Shown piece by piece: positions 24,118 to 35,325 of a DNA stretch of 64,000 nt. The DNA comes from Histomonas meleagridis 2922-C6/04-290x (taxonomy: Eukaryota > Protista > Parabasalia), in assembly GCA_020184695.1 (NCBI GenBank), contig JAANOX010000099.1, positions 310,001 through 374,000 on the forward strand. Direction: 5' to 3'. The notes below the pieces were generated by a model. The model did not search any database and was not told the DNA's origin. It saw nothing but the letters and a program-made list of their open reading frames with translations. The position numbers were made by a program, and so were the translations under genes. Position 1 is the first letter of the stretch; each line of letters begins with the position of its first letter.

Positions 24118-25210
24118 TAAAATTCGTACAGTTTGACTTTTTTCTTCTTGAATGGATGTAAATTAAATAATTGCATATTAACGTTTCTTTGAAGCAAATT
24201 CAAACTCACTCTGTATCTTGACAACAGAAGTTATTTAGAGATATCGTATTTCCAGGGCATAACGGTCGTTTCCATTGAATTATTGTATAGTTTATACTTT
24301 CAAATTCTTTAATTTTTTTTCGATAAGTGACTTTTTACGCCAAATGAAATTAAATTAATAAAATTGAATACAATAAGTGCCGTTTTGCATCATATAAAGT
24401 TAAATTAATTAAATTGAGCGCAGTAATTGCCGTTTAGCATTGATCAAAATTGAATAAAAAAATTGAATTTCAGAAATGTTATCTTGCTCGAATTTGTATC
24501 TAAAATTGAAAGAATTTTATTATTGTCTCAATCATAAACATGTGAACTTTTTCGTGTTATCAAAATTCAATATTAATATATGAATGCAGCAAAAAATTGT
24601 ATATGAATACAGATGAAATAGAATATAATGAAAATAATGTTGAATATTAATTCGTATCATTAAAAATATGTATGAATCGTATAATAAGTATTTTTTTTTT
24701 GAATTTATTATATATTATTTATGAAATACATAACATATGTGATATCACATGATCATAAAATGTATCTTATATGAAAAAAAAATTAAGATTAACAATTTCG
24801 TTGTCGAATAAATAGTAATTTTTATAAAAAATGAATATAAAATAGTTATTCATCAAATAAATGTATATATATCAGTATATATATTAATAAATTGAAAGAT
24901 TAACTATATGTAATTATAATATATAATATTATCACATTGGTATTCGTTAACTTATATAGCAAATAAGAAATCCATATAATTATCACATTAGCAAATATCA
25001 ACATCTACATTTCTGATATTATTTTAATTTTTAATATAGTTGTGTGAACAACACCAAACTACTATCTATTATCGTGTGAACAATATCAAAAAATAAATAA
25101 ATGATGGTGTAAATTATATTTTTTTATCAGTGAATAAAATAAAGTAAATGAATTATTGATTAGCTTTCGATATGATATATGCTAATATCAGTATCATAAT
25201 AATATATTAA

Positions 25211-25354
25211 TACTATTATATATATTATTATCATTATATATATTATTACTATTATATATATTATTACTATTATATATATTATTACTATTATATATATTAT
25301 TACTATTATATATATTATTACTATTATATATATTATTACTAATATATATATATT
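25211..25354. repeat. 18-bp AT minisatellite (TACTATTATATATATTAT) x ~7.5
   Basis: Units start at 25211, 25229, 25247, 25265, 25283, 25301, 25319 and 25337 (last degenerate). Confidence 0.9.
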
Positions 25355-25646
25355 AAAACTATTATATTATATTATATATAGTATAAATACTACGTAGTAG
25401 TGTACGTACAATACATTAGAAATTCGTATTATGTTCTTTTATTCATTATATAAAAAACCAAATATCAATATCTACATAATAGATGAGAAACTTTATTTAT
25501 GGATCCTTTATTTAATATGTATATTTATTTTTAGTACATTATATTAACCTTATATGTTGTTAAAGTCCAGAGTTGTGACAAATATTTATATTCATTAAAT
25601 TAGAACGTTATTTTAGAATAAAATCAAAAGACGTTTATTAATATTA

Positions 25647-26942
25647 ATGAAGAAGAAACCATCCACTCAAACATTAATAATGGATAGGGTCATGGAAGCA
25701 TTTGTCGAATGCACAGAAATGAACAACAAAATAGTGAGCATCCCATCAGAAGAAACTTTAAATGATAACCATTTTGATTCTTATGCTCTATTAAGCATTT
25801 CAGACAAAATAAATTACGAATTAAAAAGTTTAGGACTTACAAATCCATCGCCCAAAAATGACGAATGCTATGAAACACCATCCAATTTCATTAACTATTT
25901 AAATAACTTGAAAGGAAGAAACATCACTGAATTTAATGATTTAAAGACAACAATAAAAGATGAATCAATCAATAATATTTGCCCATTTTCATGTAGCGAT
26001 TCGAACTTATATAAGAAAAATGTCAATGTATATTATATGAAATTCGTATGCAGGTTTCATACAAAGAAATTATATGAATGTCCTGCGACTTTTACAATAA
26101 AAATACGAAAAAATATAATTTTTTCGATTAATTATGAAAATCTTTATCATTGTCATAGTCTCGATAATCTTTTCGTAGAAAGCAAGTTTACCCTTTTAAC
26201 TTCAAATCAAAAAGAAAAAATGAAAAAAGAAGCAAGAATTGGAATGCTAACAAATCTCATTAGCCGTTTTAATGCACCCAATGTATTGCCTGGACAATTG
26301 TATAATATTATTAGAAATGATAAAAATAAACAATTCGAAAATGAAATTGAAAACCTTTATCAATATACACAAAAATGTAAGGGAGAATATGACATTATTT
26401 GGAAAAATGATAATAATAATAAATTTGATAGTCTATTAATGATAAATTCGAGAATAAAATACTTTTCTTATGCAAGAGATATTGTTGTAATAAATAATGA
26501 TACTGAATGCACCAATAGATTTCATTATCCCTTTTTATATTTTCATGTATCCGATGAGAATAACAAAGTTCAAATGCTTGCTATATCAATCATGACATCG
26601 AAAGAAGAAATAAGTTTCACTGAAGTCATGAATTTATTAAAATTAGTTATTACTTCTATTAGAATCTTTATTGTTGATAGATTAATCGCTCAAATAGAGG
26701 CAATCAAATAAGTATATTCGAATCCAATTCTGGTTTATTGTCGAATTCATATTTCTAGAAATATTGAACATAAAATGGGTAGGAATTCAATGATCAAAGA
26801 TTTGTTCTGTAAATTTGTCGATAAAAATATAACTGAAGATGAATATATAAACAAATTACAAAATTTAATTCAATTCCATCATTCAACGTTATTTCAGCGG
26901 CCAAGTGATGGATATATTTTCCAAGTTGATTTATTGATTTAA
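25647..26942 (+). pseudogene. MULE transposase with premature stop (26709-26711) and C-terminal truncation
   Basis: FAR1/WRKY-like C..C..HCH; DT..TNRFHYPF (first catalytic D); IVDRLIAQIEAI (second D); after the TAA, YCRIHISRN (CxxH). Confidence 0.8.
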
Positions 26943-28507
26943 TTTGGAAAAATTTTAAGACTCTCGAGAAGGAATAAAATATCAAAAATTGAGAAGAAAT
27001 TCTTATTCATAAAAAAAGTTATATGCAAAAAACAAATTGCTTAATAAAAAAAAATTTTGTACAAATATTAATTATTGATTTGAAATAAAGTACATTAGTT
27101 CACAAATATAGCCACCAAAATTTCAAAAATAATATTAAAAAACCATTGTGTTTTAACTTTCTATAATATCTGATAATTATGAATTTTTTATTTTTGCCCG
27201 AAACTTTGGCAATGGAAAGGATTATAGATGAAAAATATATTTTAGAATAAATATAAGTGTTGATTTCCATTAGAAAAAGGAAACATAAATATTATCGTTA
27301 TTTCAAAGGGAAAAATATTAATAAATTGGAAAGCTTTCAAGGTTAAATTATTTATAATAATGAGGGAAATTGTTTGTTAAGTTTTCACATTTGGATGATC
27401 TCATAATTTGGAGATATTTAAGAAAGGATGATAATATCGTTGTATAAATACCAAAAGAATGCACAGCTGATATAAGAGATTCAAATAATTGTTTTGCGAT
27501 ATCAATTTTGGCGGGGATAATATTATTGGCGGGTTTTCCAATTTTCGGCGGGGTTTTACCACGGATTAGACCGTTTATGACGACCGTTATGCCCTGGAAA
27601 TACGATTCCTCTAAAATATTCGTTAGGGGCACCCTGCACGGCACCATTTTTTTATGGTTTTGTCCAAAATAAAAAACACTAGTTATTTGCAAAAAATAAA
27701 GAATTTTCATATAAAAATTTGTTTTCATAATTTTCGCTAATGAATACCTATATTTTAGTTCATTTGCTGAAGAATATTTGTTCTCTAAATGGAACCTCAT
27801 TAAGGATCACTTTTGATAGAAAGACAAAACAAGGGTACGAGAGACGTTAAGAAATGAATTAAATCTATTTAACGAAAAATTTGTTGTTTTCCTTATTTTC
27901 AAATCATATATATTACTAACTACATTATTATTCATCAGTTATACTATATAAAGAAATACTTTCTTTTTCGACGTGACTTTTATAGCATGATGCAGAAAAT
28001 CCATTCCTGTTTTTACTGTTCATGTTTTTGTCGTTCTACATACTTCTAAATATATTTTCTTTAACATTAATATTGTTGTAATTTATGCTTACCATAAACT
28101 TGTGTGTGTGCTCGGATCAGTGTAAGCGAAAAAAAGATTCCACAAAAATGAATCTTATCCTTGATAAAATGAAGCCAATTTTTTTAATATGTTATATAAC
28201 ATCCCCAACAATTATTGGCAACACGCACAACATATGACTAGTAATACACTCATATTTACAAACATCAACAACATTCGTTTCAATGACACCTTGCCACATC
28301 TCCACTTTTTGAATCAAATATGAATGTCTTTTAAAGTGGAAGAACATTTTCACTTATATAATTTTATAGATATTCATCCTTATTGTCGACATTGCCATCC
28401 CCCTCTGAAAAAATCTCAAAAAGTCCTCCAAATACATTCAAAATTATGTGAAATTGAAATTCATCTTTTAAATCGTGTGAAAACCGGAAAAATTAGTTCG
28501 CTTCATT

Positions 28508-31500
28508 ATGTTTGTTTTTCTTTTTTGTTTGAAACTTTTGGATGTGCAACCAACACAAATCAAAACATTCAATGGTAAAACAATTAAATTTGATTCTATA
28601 AATCAAAATGTACAATCAAATAGTAATACATGGGCATATGTACTCATCCCAGCAAATATTGATTTTATTCAATTAGCAAACCATAGTATTGATATTCGTA
28701 AAACGAATGGAATGTTATATCAAAATGTTTATAAATTATATTTGACCTCAGATCAAATCTCTTATCTTTTAAGCATTAATGCAAAAATTAGTATTCTTCA
28801 ACCAAAAGATAAAATACTTAATCTTACTCAAATAGAAAAATCTGATAATTTAATTCTTCATGGTGTTTTTGATCAATCATTTTCATGTTTATCTTCTGAT
28901 AATATTATTTTTAAATCACATCAAATTGTTATCATCTCTGTTAAAGATCCATTAAAATCAGCTGAATTCTATAGTCAAATTCCTGAAGTTGAATTTATTA
29001 ATCAATATAATCCTCCAACAACATTAAATAGCATTTCGAGTGGTTTTACTCAAAAAATAAGTTCAACAGTTACAGCTGATGTTCATGGTAATCCAGTTAT
29101 TTCTCGATATTTTGAATCTAGAGGTATCACAGGTAAAAATCAAACAATTGCATATATGGATACAAGTTTTGATTATTATCATACTATGTTTTATGATCCA
29201 AATGTACCAATTAAATTTCGTCAAATAATTCCAAATCATCGGAAAATTTTATATGTTGAAAACTTTTATCAAACAGAACAAGAATTTTATAAATTTGCTC
29301 ATGAGAATGATCATGGAACAGAAGTTTCAGGAATTCTTGCGGGCAAAGCTTTAAACCCTAATAGTAAAATATCTTCATATAATGGTATAGCACCAGATGC
29401 TAAACTTATTTATCTTGGTCATTATTTACCAAAATATAATCGACTCCTTAAAGACATAGATCTTTTTTTATATACTCTTTCATTAGGAAATCCTCATGTA
29501 TTTTCTAATTCATGGGGGTTTTTACCTTATGAATCGACAATGGATTATAATATGTTTATTGATGAAGTTGTTTATAATTCTTCAATAGGAGAGAATTGTT
29601 TAGTTTTATTTGGTGCTGGTAATGATGGTCATGGGAAATATTTTACAATTAGAAATCCTGGAGGAGCAAAAAACGTGCTTACAATAGGTGGAGCATCAAA
29701 AGTTTTTGATTATAGTAATCTCGAAATATATGCTATAGATGGTGAAGAAAAGTTTCAAATGTATTTTAAAGATGAACAACCAAATTATCAGATAGTTATG
29801 AATTTGGATGAATTTTATTTATCAGAAATCACCGATTTAAAACAACCAAATGGAACAAAGAAATTATATTATTTTAATTCTTCTGCATTTCCTATACTAA
29901 ATGACTCGTTTTTATTTGAATCCTATTTTTACCAAATAATTCTAAACTCTCAACAAAAGTCGGAAAAAATCTTAAAATTCAATATAAATATGGATATATT
30001 GGAAAAGATGTTTCAAAAATTACAAAAGCAGGTTATTCATCAATTGGACCAACATTTGTTGGTTTAATAAAACCTGATATAATTGCATCAAGTTCATTTA
30101 TTACTTCTGCTTTAAATAATCGAACAGTTGATAAAGATCATGGATCAAATGATGAAGATTATAAAAAGCATTTGTGTCTAGATTCAGGTACATCGTTTGC
30201 AACACCTTCTGCAGCTGGAGCAGCAACTTTAATTTCACAATATTTTGAAGATGGATATTATTTAGATGAAAAAATTAATGTAAATTCACTTTTATTGAAA
30301 TCAATTTTAATTGCTTCGGCTTCACGAAATGATTTAAGTTCTACACCTGATTGTTTTATTGGTCATGGATTAATTGATATATCAACAGTAATTCCATTTA
30401 ATAATAGTAATTTTGGATTAAGGTTTTCTAGTGTCACAAAAATGATAAATGGTCAAACACATCATATCGGAAAAATTAAAGTTACAAATCAAAATGTATC
30501 ACTTCGAATTGTATTATGTTCACATGATATTCCTCTTAGTTCAGACACATTCCTTCCAATTTATTATGATTTAGATTTAATAGTAATATCACCTTCGAAT
30601 AAAATTTATGTTGGAAATAATCGAACACAAAACACAGAACATTTTACATTAAATGAAAAAGTTATAATCCATCAATCACAATTAGAAATTGGAGAATATC
30701 AAATTCATGTAATCACAAATATAGATATAAAAGAAAATTTAGACGTACCTTATATAATAACAGCAGTTGGTCCATTTGCACAAAATGATATTGATACAAA
30801 TCCAAAATTTATTGAAATGATAAATACAAATGAATGTATAACATCTGAAAATGGAAAATGTGAAAATGGAAAATTAAAATGTAATTCTGGATTTACAGGA
30901 CAATTTTGTAATATCCAATTCCAAGAAATTCCATTTTATTCACAATATCAAATATCAAATATTCCAGCAAACGCAATTAAATATTTCAAAGTTTCACCAC
31001 AAAATGAATATGAAAATTTAATTATTACTATATATAGTTATCAACCGAATAATATTTTTTCACTTATTTGGGAAATGGATTCAAATGATAAATATATTCC
31101 TTCATTAGCAAGAATTACTATGAGTGTTCCAACATTCGATTTTTTGATAGTATCTAAAAAATTAGTTGTTAATTCTAAACAAGAACATTATTTAATGATT
31201 TCTAATAATTACCCTGTTGCTGATGATTTTTTCATATGTTTAACTAATATGCCAATGGATGGACCACTTTATTTATGTAATGATAATAATTGTTCTAAAG
31301 ACATATGTAATATTACGAATGTTTATTCATCAATGAATTCATTATATGGAATCCATAATTATGTTAATGATAAAATATTTTATATTGATCAATCAGCTGA
31401 AATTTCATCAATGTTTTTAACAAATAAATTTAATTTAGAATTACTTAATAAAGAAGATACAAAACATAATATTAAGTTAAAAGGTCCATTTTTAACTAAT

Positions 31501-32141
31501 ACAAATGGTTATGATTTAACTATTAAAGATTTGGATCTTCAATTTGATGATGAAATAATACAAACAAAAGAAAACATAAAATTCCAAAACTTAAATATTA
31601 TAAATGTAAACATTATATCAAATAATTATAATTTATTAGTTGAAAACTTAATTTGTGATTATGAATCATATAATGAAACATTTATACAACCAAATAATGT
31701 TTTAATGAATGATGCAAAAGAACCAATTCCAATAATAAGAATTAGTAACAATTACATTGAATTTGAACATTCTAATGGTGAAATTAAGAAAATTCATTTG
31801 CTAGAAGGAATGAATATAATATTTGAAACTAAACGTGATAAAAATGTTACTTTAAATATTAAAAATAATGAAAAAGAACAATTGATATTACCAAATAACA
31901 CAAATATTATATTTAAATTCTTAAATAAAAATGGTTATAATTGTACTATGGACGAAAGTCTAAAAAATATAATTCAAATAATCTATGGATATAAAAAAAT
32001 GGATTAAGAAAAGGTTCAATCATTGGAATTTCCATTGCTTTAGTTGTTGCTATAATTGTAATTATATGTTTCGTCAAAGTAAAAAAGAAAAAGAATGAAC
32101 AGGACACTACAACTGTGATTTCACAAGGATTAATCACATAA
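28508..32141 (+). CDS. Membrane-anchored subtilisin-like (S8) serine protease; frameshifts at ~29920-30000 and ~31995
   Basis: Signal-like N-terminus, YMDTS (D), HGTEVSGILAG (H), GAGNDG (N), SSIGPT..KPDI, SGTSFATP (S), EGF-like CENGKLKCNSGFTGQFC, TM IIGISIALVVAIIVIICFV then KKKK. Confidence 0.88.
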
Positions 32142-32318
32142 AGAATAAATAAATAATTTATAAAAATTTTATTTGCTCAAAGAGAAATTTATGAATAAAA
32201 TAATATATTTGAGATATACAAAATAATCTTCTCAAGAACTATTTTCCCTAATGAAAAAATTAAGTTCTTCTTACAATTTCATGCTTTATGTACGTTATTT
32301 AAAAGGTACTTTATAAGA

Positions 32319-33116
32319 TTATTTAATTTCAAGTTTCTTTTTAATTAAACCAACTATTTCTGTGTGGTCATTTAAAGATGCTAAATTAAGTGCTGTTTTA
32401 AATAATTTAAATAATTTTCAAATATTATTTTGAAATATAAAATTATTAAAATAAATTTTAAATAAAACAAATAAATATTTTTAGCATTAATATCAATTCC
32501 TTTTTGTTCAAGAAGTAATTTAACTATTTCTGTATAACCTTCATAAGATGCTCTAATAAGTGCTGTTTGAAATAATTTAAATAATTTTCAAATATTATTT
32601 TGAAATATAAAATTATTAAAATAAATTTTAAATAAAACAAATAAATATCTTTAGCATTAATATCAATTCCTTCTTGTTCAAGAAGTAATTTAACTATTTC
32701 TGTATGACCTTCTGAAGATGCGTTCATAAGTGCTGTTTCAAATAATTTAAATAATTTTCAAATATTATTTTGAAATATCAAATTATTATAAAAAATTTTA
32801 CATAAAGCAAATAAATATCTTTAGCATTAATATCAAATCCTTTTTGTTCAAGAAGAACTTTTGTAACTTCAGAATGACCTTTGCGTGTTGCCCAATGAAG
32901 TGCTGTTTCATTAATTTTATATAAATTCCAAAAAAAAAAAATAATAAACGTTAAATCTTCATGAGAAACATATTTACCATTAATATCAAATATTTTTTGT
33001 GCGATTTGCCATTCAATAAATGATACAAATTCTTTTTGGTGTTGAGGAAGCATCTGGTTTTTAATATATTTGACATTTTTATATTCGGCATTTTTTTTCT
33101 TCAACAGTTGGATCAT
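32319..33116 (-). other. Ankyrin array copy 1: four ANK modules (32817-32909, 32647-32739, 32477-32569, 32319-32399) separated by 77-nt spacers
   Basis: ETALHWATRKGHSEVTKVLLEQKGFDINAKD / ETALMNASSEGHTEIVKLLLEQEGIDINAKD / QTALIRASYEGYTEIVKLLLEQKGIDINAKN / KTALNLASLNDHTEIVGLIKKKLEIK*; exact 170-bp period. Confidence 0.9.
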
Positions 33117-34484
33117 TCGCCGATCTTAACTAACTGAATCACATCGAAAATTTTTTCAGATAAACCACAGAATGTTAGCAGCAATGTTGTTGTGTAAGTA
33201 ACGGCCATGGATTTTGCGACGTCGCTCTGAACCAAATCTTTACAATAAATCATTAAGCCTATATTCAAACATTGTACTCAGATTTGCTTTATTGATGGGA
33301 AAAGATTTTAAACACTTTATTTTATTTACAAAATATTATTAATAAACTAAAATAAGTTCATTCTCATTTTTTTAACTTTTACTGATGAATTTTCTATGAT
33401 AAAAAAAAAATACCTCATGAAGTACCGACACAATGTTCCATTTTTTTGGAATATTTTCATTTTATTCGGTGTCTAATATTTATATTTAGAATATCTTTTA
33501 AAAGCTGATGGGCAAAATATTTTTTGAGTGGTTTATAATATTATCAAAAGATTCTGACAAAAAAAGGTGAATAATTATTAGTCATTTTGAGTCTTGAATT
33601 TTTGATTGATGCTTTTGGTTTTTGGCTTGCAATATAAAGAAAGTGACAGGGCGCTATAGTGGTTTTAAGCAAAAAATGCTCATTATTATCATTAATTTTA
33701 TATTAATCTAGACATTATATTTTTTATATAATTTCCTCATGAATTATCATATAAAATAATTTCTTGAACTTTTAGATAAATTTAAATGAGAAAAAATGGT
33801 ATATGAAATCAATCATAAATGATCATCTTTATCTATATCATAATCATTTATTTCAATAAGAAAATTTTGATCGGACTGAAATATGGTAAATAAATATTTC
33901 ATCTATAGGATCAATTACACAACCGTAGACCGAACCTCCAAATCCTCTCAATCGATTTTTAAAGGGTAAATTCAGAATGATAGAATACTTTGATCATGAA
34001 TGTGTAAACTATTCTTTGATCTTACACTAATCAGTGAGTGATATGGCTTTTCGATTTCTTAATTAAAAATATTTAATTTCTATGAGTTTAAAACAAGGTT
34101 GATGTTACGACCAACTGGCCATTTATATAATCAAAATCCGATTTATATAGTTTACTTTATATGAAATTTACAGGGTATCCCTAATAACAGTTTATGGATA
34201 ATTATTGTCAAAATAAGTCAAACCACTAAACAGCTTGATCGGACTGAAAAAATAAATATTTTTGTATAAAAACATAAGAGAAAAAATTTATTAACCACCA
34301 AGGAAAAATTATAAGAAATATAACAATTTCCACTTTAACCCTTAAATAATTATATCACCTTTTATTTCCAGCTGGAATTTTAAAATTCAATACTTTTCCC
34401 TGTTAACCATTCAAAATTAACAAATAAAGTATACAATTTTTTCAATAAATAAAATTAACAGTATATTTGGCCGACCACAAACGA

Positions 34485-34492
34485 AAAGTGAC
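34485..34492 (+). promoter_or_regulatory. AAAGTGAC upstream motif (also at 33640, 49643, and on the minus strand at 49595-49602)
   Basis: Recurs in intergenic or 5' regions; recalled as an over-represented Trichomonas promoter motif. Confidence 0.4.
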
Positions 34493-34619
34493 GGTCAAAC
34501 ACCAAAAATCTTTTGGGGTGGTTTTGATCGTTTTACATTGAAAAGGCTACGCTTATTGAATAAATAATTGGCCGGATACATGTTTTAAACGTTTGTATTT
34601 TCTTTAAAGAAATTACTAA

Positions 34620-35276
34620 ATGAATTTCCACGCAAACATTCGTGCAAATGAAGGACTTGCAACGCAAATTGAGCTTTCTAGCACATCAACAATCCAATCA
34701 TTAAGATCAAGATTTTATGCTATGACCGGGTTTACACAAGAATCAATGAAGATCAAAGTTAATGGTGTTTTAGTTACAGATGAATCATTAACACTTGGTG
34801 ATCTTGCAAAAGATGAATCCGTAAACATCGATATTACAGGACAATCAGAATTTGGAGATTTAAATGATGTATCAACTGTTAAAAAGTTCGAAATTTCTGA
34901 TGAAGATTATGATAAAAGACATGGCACAATTCGCGAAATGAAGCGTAAAATGGGTATTGCTGTCAAAGGAGAAGTTCCAGAAAAAGAAGAAAAAGCTCCA
35001 GAAGGAATTGAAGTTGGACAGAGATGTGAAGTTGAAATGGCTGATCACTCACATAACCGTGGCATTGTACGATTTGTTGGCAAAACGGATGTTGCCAAAG
35101 GGTATTGGATTGGTGTTGAATTAGATGAGCCAGTTGGAAAGAATGATGGTTCTGTTAAAGGTCACAGGTATTTCCAATGTGATGAAAAATACGGTGTTTT
35201 TGTCCGCCCAGGAAAGGTTAAAGTTGGTGATTACCCACCAATCGATTGGGAGGCAGAGCTTGCTGATGAGCTGTAA
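34620..35276 (+). CDS. TBCB: Tubulin-folding cofactor B (UBL + CAP-Gly)
   Basis: N-terminal [18 protein letters not shown]-Gly [23 protein letters not shown]. Confidence 0.95.
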   Translation: MNFHANIRANEGLATQIELSSTSTIQSLRSRFYAMTGFTQESMKIKVNGVLVTDESLTLGDLAKDESVNIDITGQSEFGDLNDVSTVKKFEISDEDYDKRHGTIREMKRKMGIAVKGEVPEKEEKAPEGIEVGQRCEVEMADHSHNRGIVRFVGKTDVAKGYWIGVELDEPVGKNDGSVKGHRYFQCDEKYGVFVRPGKVKVGDYPPIDWEAELADEL

Positions 35277-35325
35277 ATAAACGTTCTCGTTTTAACGTAT
35301 TCTCGGTTATACACGTTAATATCAT

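Larger units (their letters stand above)
24238..27611 (+). mobile_element. Mutator-like (MULE) DNA transposon relic with TIRs
   Basis: Perfect 27-bp inverted repeat ATCGTATTTCCAGGGCATAACGGTCGT at 24243-24269 and 27580-27606, both preceded by GAG, enclosing a MULE transposase; no TSD found. Confidence 0.8.

Noticed and set aside
27348-27800. 150-aa minus-strand ORF
   Set aside because: It overlaps the MULE right TIR and subterminal repeats and has no recognisable motif; probably spurious.
32400-32816. -1 ribosomal frameshifting at in-frame T_TTA_AAT in the ankyrin spacers
   Set aside because: Three of the five spacers have an in-frame stop before this heptamer, and one lacks it. Read-through would also insert about 25 hydrophobic residues between ANK repeats.
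32400-32816. Canonical GT(GC)-AG or U12 AT-AC introns in the ankyrin spacers
   Set aside because: There is no AG inside the spacers. Using the AG or AC in the next exon's ACAG shifts the frame or deletes the conserved Thr. There is no ATATCC or ACTAAC consensus.
32319-32909. CRISPR-like array (170-bp period)
   Set aside because: Eukaryotic context, no cas genes, and the variable part is a protein-coding ANK repeat.
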